The notes: generated by a model not told the origin, from the sequence alone. DNA of 34,104 nucleotides from Malacoraja senta (GCA_038087875.1 JAXLNO010000365.1:1-34104), one strand, 5' to 3'; positions 11,544-21,336 are shown, counted from the first letter of the stretch. Program-made: numbers and translations.

Positions 11544-12706
11544 ATGGAGAAATCGTTGAGAGCAAGGCGAGTCGTTGCGAAAGTAACTAAGGACCGCGGG
11601 AGTGCGGGTAGCGGACGGCCGCCTAGCTCATCTGCAGAGTCACTAATAGTCAAGCCAGCGACTGCAGACTTGGTGTCTGAGGGCACCGTGGCTACGCCGG
11701 TGGGGCGTAAAGCTACCAGAAAGTCTGTACGGCCGAAGACTCCAACGAATCCGGTCAGGAGGGTTCCCCTCCAAGAATGGATACCGTCTTTGGACGGTTA
11801 TCCAGAATGGAGCTCCTTAGGGAGGGGATGATCCATTCAGAGCGCCGGTCTCTTCGAGAGCCCGAGCCAGCAGCGCCTACTACAGGGCTGCCTAATGTCT
11901 CCCTTGAGGAGGAGGGGGGCATACCGGGTCAGTATGAGTCTGACGCCGAGTCTGTGGGCTTAGCATTGGAGGCTGCCCCAAGGGACGAAGGGCACGAGCC
12001 GGAGGTCCCATTCCTGGCCGCAAGATTTGCAGTCCCGACAGATTTGGTAGAGCCGCTGGGTGAGGAATTGGCTGCCACAATAAACTACTTGGCCTCACAC
12101 CAGCTTCAGGAGCTGACGATGGATGCAACAGCTCGTGAATATGATACCCCGGCTAATTGTATCCTGCTTAAAGTGCCGGCAGTAAACCATGCCATTTGGG
12201 ACCATATGGGAGTAGGCATCAGGGCGCAGGAGATGAAACTGCAGAGGATACTGAAGCTACTTGCTTCCGGCATTACGGCATTCGGGAGGTCGTTGGATGG
12301 GGGGCACCTGACTGAAGTTCAGTAGGATGCCCTGGCTCTCATGTGCAATGTGCACTTTGAGATTAACTGCCTTAGAAAGAGCGCCATCCGCCCTACAATC
12401 AACCCGAAATTCGCTGCCCTGTGTAAGCCAAGCAACGTCCACCCACCAAACCTTTTGTTTGGGGAAGACCTCGCTCAGCGGGTGAAGGAGTTGGAAGACG
12501 AGGCAAAGACCGTCGGGCTCATTAAGATGCCAATGAGTAGCAGAACCCTTCGGAGGCAGCACCCTTACAAGCGGTTTGTCAAAACCGGGTCCGGGCAAGG
12601 ACCAAGCCGGCCATTCAATGTGCGCAGCTGGCGCACTCCAGCAGCAGCACGAGCAACCATGCTGTTTCCCACCAGAGCCAGGGGACAAAGAACTCCACCG
12701 GTAACC
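11544..12706 (+). pseudogene. DIRS-B gag-like ORF1 (one frameshift, one stop)
   Basis: ATG in good context (aagcATGg). ORFs 11544..11831, 11777..12325 and 12341.. are contiguous pieces homologous to DIRS-A gag. The gag label comes from position in the element. Confidence 0.8.
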
Positions 12707-14623
12707 ATGGAAGTAGGTGGGTCTGGTGCTTGTCGAAACATATTCAGTGAGAATTACCTATCAGTTGGGGGAAGGTTACACTGGTTTCTGAAAGAATGGT
12801 GTGGGATAACATCAGAATTGTTTATACTGCAAGCTATACAAGGGTTTTGAATTGAATTCATTTCTAATTTGTGTCCGCCTACACAACATACACCAAGGCG
12901 GGCACTTGTGTTCTCATAAAAAGAAAATTTGGAGGTTCAGGCTGAAATAAAAACATTATATATAAAAGGTGTAATTGAGAAGACAGTTTGTCAACCTCAC
13001 CAATTCGTATCTAATATTTTTCCTAGACCAAAGAAAGATGGTGGGAGTCGGATTATTTTGGACCTGACGGACCTTAATCTGTTTGTGCAGTATAAGCATT
13101 TCAAGATGGAAACTTTTACCACTGCCAAGCAATTGGTTTCCAGAGGGTGTTATATGGCATGTATAGATCTAAAGGATGCATATTACTCAGTGCCTGTTCA
13201 TAAAGACTATCAGTATTTGAAATTTAGTTGGATGAGGCAGTTGTGGCAATTTAAAGCGCTGCCTAATGGGTTAACCCTCAGCCCCTAGATTATTTACAAA
13301 GCTGCTAAAACCAGCATTGGGGCTACTCCGGGTTCAGGGTCACATTGTAATGGCTTATTTAGATGATATCATAATAATTGGAAAAACTCGGGAAGCAGCT
13401 GAGTTATCTGTTTCAGCTGTTAAACTCATGGGGTTTCTAATTCATCCAACTAAATCAAAATTGATTCCGGTTATAGTTATTGATTATCTGGGATTCACAG
13501 TTAATTCAACTCACATGTCTGTAACTCTACCCAAGGGCAAGAGATTAGATTTAATTAAAGGCTGTATCAAGCTTATGGAAGAGCAATCACCTTCAATTAG
13601 GCATGTGTCCAGCTTGATTGGCAAATTGGTAGCAGCCTTTCCAGCTTGACAGTATGGACCTTTGCATTACCAACAGTTACAGAGGGCAAAGGTACAGGCA
13701 CTCAGGAATCATGCAGGTCATTTCAATAGACTCATGCAATTGCCAACTGAAGCCATTGTTGAAATTCAGCGGTGGATTAGAAACATTTCGAGTTGTTCCA
13801 GCAAAATTTTGATTGAAGCACCTTCAGTTATATTACAGACTGATGTTAGTGCCCTAGGTTGGGGGGCTACTGATACCATCTCTAGCTGTGGAGGCAGATG
13901 GAATGTGCATGAGGCATTTATTCTCCAATCACATGGAATTAATTATTTAGAGTTACTGGGAGCATTTTATGGGCTGAAGGCTTATTGTACCACCAAGCAT
14001 CACTTACATGTTCAGCTTCAGATTGACAACACCACGGCAGTGGCGAATGTGAATTATATGGGTGGAATCAAGTCGGAATCTTGTGACAGATTGGCTAACC
14101 TTATTTGGCATTGGTGCATTAAAAGAAACATTTGGATTTCAGCTGTTTACTTGCCAGGCAGGTTCAACAGGCAGACACCAGGTCACGCAAATTCAATGAC
14201 AACACAGAATGGATGTTGAATCATGAAGTATTTAATGATATTGTTGTTCGGTATGGGATGCCAGATATCGATTTGTTTGCATCCAGACTTAATCACCAGG
14301 TGCCGAAGTATGTTTCATGAGAACCAGACCCAGGGGCAGTAGCGGTAGACACTTTCGTGCTACATTGGGGAGGAGTGTTTATATATGCATTTCCCCCATT
14401 CTGCCTCATCAGTCGGTGCTTGACCAAGATCAAGCAGGACTCCGCTTCAGGAGTTTTGGTGGTGCCCGATTGGCCTACACAGCCATGGTTCCCTCTCATT
14501 GCGGACATTATAACTCAACCTATTATGGTGGTTCCAAAACGTAATAACCTATTGGTGAACCCTGTGACTGGAGATCAACACCCGTTGTATGATTGTATTA
14601 ATTTGTTAATTTGCAAGTTTTAA
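12707..14623 (+). pseudogene. DIRS-B pol: reverse transcriptase, RNase H and Dam-like methyltransferase domain (4 stops, 2 frameshifts)
   Basis: VGGRL, IDLKDAYYSVP, LPNGL, YLDD (RT); LQTDVS..GWG, INYLEL, IDNTTAV (RNase H); IDLFASRLN...YAFPPF...VVPDWPTQPWFP (MT). Confidence 0.92.
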
Positions 14624-15594
14624 GGAGGCCATACCTGGGTCTGGGACTATCCAATCGGACCGTGGATATCATCACATCGTCCTGGAGGGATAGTACAAAA
14701 AAACAGTACATATCTCATGTCAGGAAATGGGAGGTGTTTTGCTTACAAGGAAACATTAGTTACCACACAGCTTCCATCCCAGATGTGTTAGAATTTCTGT
14801 CCAAATTGTATTTTGATGATGGGTTGAGCTATAGTGCCATCAATAGTGCTAGGAGTGCTCTGTCATCGTATTTATGTTTGGGGTCAGAACTACAGTCTGT
14901 GGGATCTCATCCGTTAATATCCCGATTTATGAAGGGTGTTTTTCATTCCAAACCCCCCAGGCCTAGATATGCACAAATCTGGGATGTCAGTGTGGTACTC
15001 ACGCTGCTTCGTCAGTGGGGTCCAGCTACATCCTTGTCTTTGGTAAAGATTACCCTGAAGTTGGTCATGCTCATGGCGCTGGTGTCAGCGCAAAGGGTTC
15101 AGACTCTGCAGAAGTTGAGAATGGACAGGATGGGGTCATCTGGGAATGATGTTCTGTTCTACATATATGATCTCATAAAACAGAGCAGACCAGGGGTGTC
15201 AGGATTGAAGCTTGTACTGTCAGCATATCCTACGGATTTACGACTGTGTGTAGTGGCGCACTTGCGATGTTATATTGAGGTCTCCAAGGACCTCAGAGGA
15301 TCGGAAGTACAATTGTTTATTAGCCAGAAAAAGCCACATGGGAAAGTGTCGGTCCAGACCATCTCAAGATGGCTGAAACAAGTGCTGGTTTGTGCAGGAG
15401 TTAATACTGACAATTTTAAATCTCACTCCACCAGAGCAGCATCAACGTCAGCAGCGAGGGCAATGGACGTCCCTCTAGACCATATCCTGGCGGCCGCAGG
15501 ATGGTCAAATGAACTGACATTTCACCGGTTTTATAATAAACCACTTATCGGAACCAGGGTGTTCGCCCATTCCATTTTAAGTTTTGTTTCCTAG
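14611..15594 (+). CDS. DIRS tyrosine recombinase (YR), uninterrupted 327-codon frame without an N-terminal ATG
   Basis: Catalytic set R (SAQRVQ), K (KQSRPG), HxxR (HSTR), W (AAGW) and Y (FHRFY), with an N-terminal core-binding region (GLSYSAINSARSALS). Confidence 0.92.
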   Translation: MQVLRRPYLGLGLSNRTVDIITSSWRDSTKKQYISHVRKWEVFCLQGNISYHTASIPDVLEFLSKLYFDDGLSYSAINSARSALSSYLCLGSELQSVGSHPLISRFMKGVFHSKPPRPRYAQIWDVSVVLTLLRQWGPATSLSLVKITLKLVMLMALVSAQRVQTLQKLRMDRMGSSGNDVLFYIYDLIKQSRPGVSGLKLVLSAYPTDLRLCVVAHLRCYIEVSKDLRGSEVQLFISQKKPHGKVSVQTISRWLKQVLVCAGVNTDNFKSHSTRAASTSAARAMDVPLDHILAAAGWSNELTFHRFYNKPLIGTRVFAHSILSFVS

Positions 15595-15773
15595 CTTCCC
15601 CCTGCGAGAGAGGGGTCGCTATTGTATTTTCTTTCTTTATTTTTGAATTAAAGCAACATGTTAATCTGTACCATATTTCACTGTTTTGCTCATTATTCAC
15701 TCCTCCTGAGTCAACTGATGCAGTGTGAGACGCCTGGATTCGTATCTACGGCATGAAATCACAGAGCTTTGAA

Positions 15774-15887
15774 TTCTTCACGGAATCACTCACGTGACTC
15801 CGAAGTAAAATAGTAAGATTAAACGAGAACTTGCCAGTTTGAAGTTTAATCTCTATTTTATGAGGAGTTACGATGAGCGATTACGTG
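15774..15887 (+). repeat. DIRS-B internal complementary region (ICR)
   Basis: 15774-15811 is complementary to the left end 11342-11379 (1 mismatch). 15809-15887 is complementary to the right end 16031-16109 (a few mismatches). Confidence 0.95.
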
Positions 15888-16106
15888 CCCACCGCTCCCG
15901 GCCCTCAAAATCATTAAGGTCAACTGGAAGGTCTATTTTATATTCTTACTATGTTACTTCAGTCACTATTATCTGTGATTTCACACCGCTGCTTTGAAGA
16001 TTGACGCGCATGCCGAAGGGCGGGGTTCTTCACGTAATCGCTCATCGTAACTCCTCATAAAAGAAAGATCAAACATCAAACTGGTAAGTTCTCATTTAAT
16101 CTTACT

Positions 16107-18155
16107 ATTGTTTGTGTCTTCCTTATTGAAGGCAGATCCGAAGTACCTGTTCAACTCTTCTGCCATTTCCTTGTTATCCATAATAATTTCGCCCGTGTCT
16201 GCCTTCAAGGGACCCACATTTGACTTTGCTACTCTTCCTTTACATATCTAAAGAAGCTTTTAATGTCCTTCTTTATATTCCTGGCCAGCTTCCCTTCGTA
16301 CTTCATCTTTTCAGCCCGTATTGCCAGTTTTGTTTCCTTCTGTTGCCCTATGAAAGTTTCCCAATCCTCTGGCTTCCGGCTACTCTTTGTTGTGTTATAC
16401 ATCTTTTCTTTTAGTTTTATTCTATCCCTAACTTCTCTTGTCAGCCACGGTTACCTCCTTCTCCCCTTAGAATCTTTCTTCCTTTTTGGAATGAAATGAT
16501 CCTGCATCTTCCGGATTATGCCCAGACATTCCTGCAATTGCTGTTCCACCGTCATTCCTGCTAGGATCCCTTTCCAGTCTACCTTGGCCAGCTTCTCTCT
16601 CATACCTTCATATTCCCCTTTGTTCAACTGCTTCACTGACATTTCAGATTTAACCTTCTACTTCTCAAATTGCAGATTAAAACTAATCATATTATGATCA
16701 CTACCTCCAAGCGGTTCCTTTACCTCGAGTTCTCTTATCATATCTGGTTCATTGGACAACACTAAATCCAGAATTGCCTTTTCTCTGGTCGGCTCCATTA
16801 CAAGCTGCTCTAAGAATCCATCTTGGAGGCACTCTACAAACTCTCTTTCTTGGGGTCCTGAACCAACCTGATTTTCCCAGTCTACCTGCATATTGAAATC
16901 CCCTATCACCACAGTGGCATTACCTTTGTTACATGCCAGTTTTAACTCCTGCTGCAACTTACACCCTACATCCGGGCTACTATTTGGGGGTCTGCAGATA
17001 ACACCAATTAGAGTCTTCTTGCCTTTCCAATTCCTCAACTCAATCCACAGTGACTCTACCTTGTCGGTCCCTATGTCTTCCCTCGCAAGGGACTGAATTC
17101 CATCCTTCACCAGCAGAGCTACCCCACCTCTTCTGCCCACCTGCCTGTCCTTTCTATAGGATGTATAACCCTGAATATTAAGTTCCCAGGCCCGATCCTC
17201 CTGTAGCCACATCAGTAATCCCCACAATGTCATATCTACCAAACTCTAACTGAGTCTCAAGCTCATCTACTTTACTTCTTATACTTCGCGCATTCACATA
17301 CAATACTTTTAATTCCCTATGCATCTCACCTTTCACATCGATCCCTATTACACTTCGCCATATTTTCCTATCCCTTTGTGAGCTTTCTATCCTGTTAATT
17401 CTGGGGTCATTAACTATCCCTTTAATCTCTTTCCTTTTATCTTCATCCTTGACTATCTCATTTGACACTCCACCCCCCTTATTCAGTTTAAAACCACCCG
17501 TGTAGCAGTGGCAAACCTGCCTGCCAGAATGCTGGTCCCCCAACTATTAAGGTGCAATCCAACCCTTTTGTACAGTTCCCCCTTACTCCAAAAGAGATCC
17601 CAGTGGTCTAAGAATCCAAATCCCTGCCCCCTGCACCAGTTCCTCAGCCACACATTCAGGTCCTGTATCTTCCTGTTTCTGCTCTCGCCAGCATGAGGAA
17701 CTGGAAGCAAACCGGAGATAACCACCCTGGAGGTCCTGCTTTTCAGCATTTTTCTGAGCTCTCTAAAGTCACGCTTCAGAATATTCATCCCCTTCTTTCC
17801 GACATCGTTTGTGTCAACATGCACTACCACTTCCGGCTGTTCACCTTCGCCCTTGAGGATTTTCTACCCTCTGTCCGTGACATCCTGGATCCTGGCACCA
17901 GGGAGGCAGCACACCATCCTCGAATCCCATCCGTTGCCGCAGAAACCCTGTCTGTACCTCTCACAATGGAGTCTCCAACTACCATGGCGTTGCCTGACTT
18001 TGGCCTTTTTGGTTTTAGCTCAACAGCCCTTTTTGCTTTGCAAGCCAGTGTGCTGCTCAGTGTGTTAACGTCTTCTGTCCTGACAGCTTCTAAGTGGGTG
18101 AACCTGTTCTCAAGAGGTAAAACACCTGGGGACCTTTGCATTCCATGTTTCCCTC
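16107..18155 (-). mobile_element. CR1 LINE copy B, 5' segment (endonuclease and ORF1 SGNH-esterase-like domain), 5'-truncated
   Basis: ORFs 16658..17242 (GDFN...SDHNMI), 17178..17543 (LYVNARS), and 17483..17830 plus 17824..18141 (VVGDS, HV.TND, GLHL). Confidence 0.92.
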
Positions 18156-18159
18156 GCGC

Positions 18160-18245
18160 AGTCAGGTGATATGGGGAGAAGGCAGGAACGGGGTACTGAT
18201 TGGGGATGATCTGCCATAATCACATTGAATGGTGGTGCTGGCCCG
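18160..18245 (+). mobile_element. CR1 copy C, resumed 3' end (ORF2 end plus partial 3'UTR)
   Basis: gtcaggtgatatggggagaaggcaggaacggggtactga continues 1-662 in register. Imperfect duplication gcgga (658-662) / gcgca (18156-18160). Confidence 0.85.
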
Positions 18246-18300
18246 TTTGCCCGCTGCAACTGAGTAAGGGATTACTAAATAATAGAGTGTCATTGTATTA

Positions 18301-18434
18301 GTAGAAACATAGAACTCGAGATGCTGGTTAATACATAAAAAACACAAAGTGCTGGAGTAACTCAGCAGGACAGGCAGCATCTCTGGAGAACATGAATAGG
18401 TGACGTTTCAGGTCGAGACCCTTCTTCAGGCCCT
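18301..18434 (-). mobile_element. Penelope-like element terminal-repeat fragment
   Basis: The cacaaagtgctggagtaactcagc...ggcagcatctctggaga block is also present, inverted, at 26072-26125, and it carries a hammerhead core as PLE repeats do. Confidence 0.7.
18398..18433 (-). ncRNA. Minimal type I hammerhead ribozyme
   Basis: The minus strand reads gggc CUGAAGA a GGGUC uc GACCU GAAAC GUC accu: conserved core, 5-bp stem II, palindromic ACGU stem III and a GUC cleavage triplet. Confidence 0.75.
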
Positions 18435-19123
18435 CGGTTTGGAACTGGGCCTGGAATCCAGGTGAGTTGACGGCCCCGTCCTGCTGGCGGCCGGGAGGGA
18501 GGCGAGGATCGGCAAAGTAATTGGTTGCTACCGTGGGTGGCCAGAGTGCAGGTAAGGGTCAGTGATGGTGGCGACAATGGCAAGCAGCCAATGGAAGCAG
18601 CCGAGGAAGTTGTGTTGGCTGGCGGTGGCAGCAGTAGGTCCATCCTGGAAACGGATGGGAAGGCAATGTGGACTGAGGGAGACATCGCAAGCCTGGCCTG
18701 AGAGTGTTTCTATAACACAAATTGGATCTAATGTGGGTGATGAATTGGACACTATTTGTATTATACAGATTGAATTGGTTATAATGTAATTTAAATTGGG
18801 AAATAGAAAAGTCACTTTGGAAAATTACATGCAGAAAAAATTCTGTCTTGGATTTAAACATTTCTATCTAGGGGCAAAAATATCTGTTTCCATGTAACCT
18901 CCTCACAATAATCATACACCATTATCACTTATGAACACAGCTGCTCCATTTACCATAGTGGGCATTGAATATAACAAACAATCACAACTATTGGCAATTA
19001 CGCAACAATATCTTGTTAAACAAGTAACCTACAGCCATGTGTATTTTTAGCTTACCGTAATAAAAGCAAACTGAGAGTTATTGAAAGACCGTTATATTTG
19101 AAAATCCTGCAGGAAAAATAACT

Positions 19124-19500
19124 GGAGTTGCTGCCTTACAACTCTTACAGCACCAGAGACCCGGGTTCGATCTCACTACGGGTGCTGCCTGTATGAAGTT
19201 TGTACGTTCTCCCTGTGACCTGCGTGGGTTTTCTCCGACATTTTCAGTTTCCTCCCACACTCCAAAGACGTACAGGTATGTTGGTTAATTGGTTTGGTAT
19301 AAATGTAAATTATCCCTAGGATAGTGTTAATGTATGGGGTTTGCTAGTTAGTGTGGATTCTGTGGGCTGTAGGGCACGTTTCCACACTGTATCTCTAAAC
19401 TAAACTAAATTAAACTAAACTAAACTAAACTAAACTAAACTAAACTAAACTAAACTAAACTAAACTAAACTAAACTAAACTAAACTAAACTAAACTAAAC
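19124..19500 (+). mobile_element. tRNA-derived V-SINE-like element with expanded (TAAAC)n tail
   Basis: B-box-like gggttcgatc at about 19163, central tttcctcccacactccaaagacgt block, CR1-like 3' end, and (TAAAC)n at 19396-19500. Confidence 0.85.
19396..19500. repeat. (TAAAC)n microsatellite, about 21 units
   Basis: Seen directly; derived from the SINE tail. Confidence 0.98.
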
Positions 19501-20093
19501 TGTGTTACTGTGAATCTCAAATCTACTCACCCATACCCCCTGCTCTATTTACTCATTAACAAAATGTATAACACATTTTTCTATAATGCGAGCTCTCTTA
19601 GAAATGCAACTACCACATTATAGAATAACCACCTGTATGATAGTTATTGGAGACCAATAAATTCAGACCCAATAACTTCATATTTTCTTTAGGTCCAGCA
19701 GTCTACAGATGCTTAATCACTGGTTCCACTGCATAATGGGACAGCCAGGTAATGATGGGCAGCATTCAGCTCCAAGCGCAACTCCTGAGGAAGAAAAGCA
19801 GTCCATCATGTCAGACCACAACACCCTGAACAACCGCTCAACAGTTATTCAGGCACAGGTCAGGTGCGTGATGTAACATTCTACACTTTTGCAATCTGTG
19901 CTATTACAAGAATATTCAGGAAGACAATATCTCGGCTCAAGCAATCTACTTTATTAATATCCTCTAGCATTAATATACACTCTGAAACCGTTTGATTACC
20001 ATCGCTGCAGTATGTGCTACTCAAGGGATTAATCACAGTACGTCACCAAAGCTAATTTTATGTACCGACTAAAGATCCTGAACTTGAAGAGGA

Positions 20094-20116
20094 GGGGGGG
20101 GGGGGGGGGGGGGGGG
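20094..20116. repeat. Poly(G) tract
   Basis: Seen directly. Confidence 0.95.
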
Positions 20117-21030
20117 CAGAGGATGCATGTAGTACAATGAAGTTATGTCATCTTGACTTGGAAAATATTAATTCCCTCAAATCCAATAAATCTAAATCTA
20201 AATCTAAATCTTAATGGGTCTAAATCTTAAAGCTCCCTGCCAGTATGACACAATAGGGCTGCATACTTTGCAATGCTCCTAGAAGCTGCCATCTTACTCA
20301 AGGCCATGATTTTACAATGAATTCTGTGTTGGCCAAAGGCAAACTCACTTCAAATTCCAAAGGTCAACACCTGGGTTTGAAATTGTAAAATTATCCAACA
20401 GTTAAGATTTAATTATACTAACAAAGACCAAGAAAATCCAAAATATTCTTAACTTGTGACATGACTGTTAAAAGTTTGAGTGACTGTGTCTGGCCCATGT
20501 ATATTGCCTTGTATAATCAATCTTTGGCGATAGTTAGTTTAATTAAGAGCAAAATCGTATTTGTCTTGCACATTCTTATTCAGCCAGGAAAAAATAAAGC
20601 TGCTGCGAATGGTTTGATCGTATCTCCATTTATTGGAATGAAAATATTTCCCGGTAGTTTTCTAGTCCATTGAAAGACAGCACATTTTTTATTCCTTTGT
20701 GCATTTATACTGAAAACACTGCAGTTTCCAGTTCTTAGAAATCACAATTTTACCTTTTTATCGAGGTTGTCATTTTAATCTTTTCAAAGAACAATAAATG
20801 TTGTACTGATTGTTTTAAACGTTATAGGTCCAATGTTTCTGGTCTTTCTCTATACTGGCATTGGATGAGAGCAGTACAACTCAAGCAAACCGTCTCCCGA
20901 GTGAACTACAACTTGTTTCTGTGTTGGCCTGGGGCAGTCCTCCAGCAAAAGCCAAAAAGCCCCAAGGCCTGATGGTCTAGTGGGTCACCTTCAATATGTT
21001 GACAGTCTCCACTCTGACACTTGGCTTTAT

Positions 21031-21336
21031 GTTAGTTTGATTTAGAGATACAGCGTGGAAACAGGCCCTTTGGCCCAAAGCGTCCGCGCCGACCAGCCAT
21101 CCCCATACTCTCGCACTATCCGACACAATAGGGACAATTTACCATTTTTACCGAAGCCAATTAACCTACAAATCTCAACATCTTTGGAATGTGGGAGGGA
21201 ACCAGAGCTCTCGGAAAAAACCCCGCGCAGTCACGTTGAGAACGTACAAACGCTGTACAGACATGACCCATAAGTCAAGATCAAACCCAGATCTCTGGCA
21301 CTGTAAGGCAGCAACACTACCACAGTACCCCTGTGC
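21031..21336 (-). mobile_element. V-SINE-like element
   Basis: Reverse complement of the same SINE family (tttagagatacagcgtggaaacaggccc...ctgtaaggcagcaac). Confidence 0.85.

Larger units (their letters stand above)
11342..16109 (+). mobile_element. Structurally complete DIRS1-like retrotransposon (DIRS-B), 4768 bp
   Basis: Starts ATTttacttcggagtcacgtg and ends aatcttactATT. Perfect 33-bp inverted repeat 11371-11403/16002-16034, ICR 15774-15887, and gene order gag, RT/RH/MT, YR. The flanks rejoin as CR1 (ggaag-ATT-gtttgtgtcttcc). Confidence 0.96.

Noticed and set aside
14611..15594. Phage integrase, prophage or bacterial contamination
   Set aside because: The recombinase and MT lie within a DIRS with RT, ITRs and ICR, embedded in vertebrate LINEs.
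15715..15760. Hammerhead in the DIRS 3' region (ctgatgc...gaaa)
   Set aside because: The core is CUGAUGC rather than CUGANGA, and no convincing stems are present.
19124..19180. tRNA gene
   Set aside because: The A/B-box similarity belongs to SINE heads, and there is no complete cloverleaf.
19396..19500. Telomere-like repeat
   Set aside because: It is (TAAAC)n, the expanded SINE tail, not TTAGGG.
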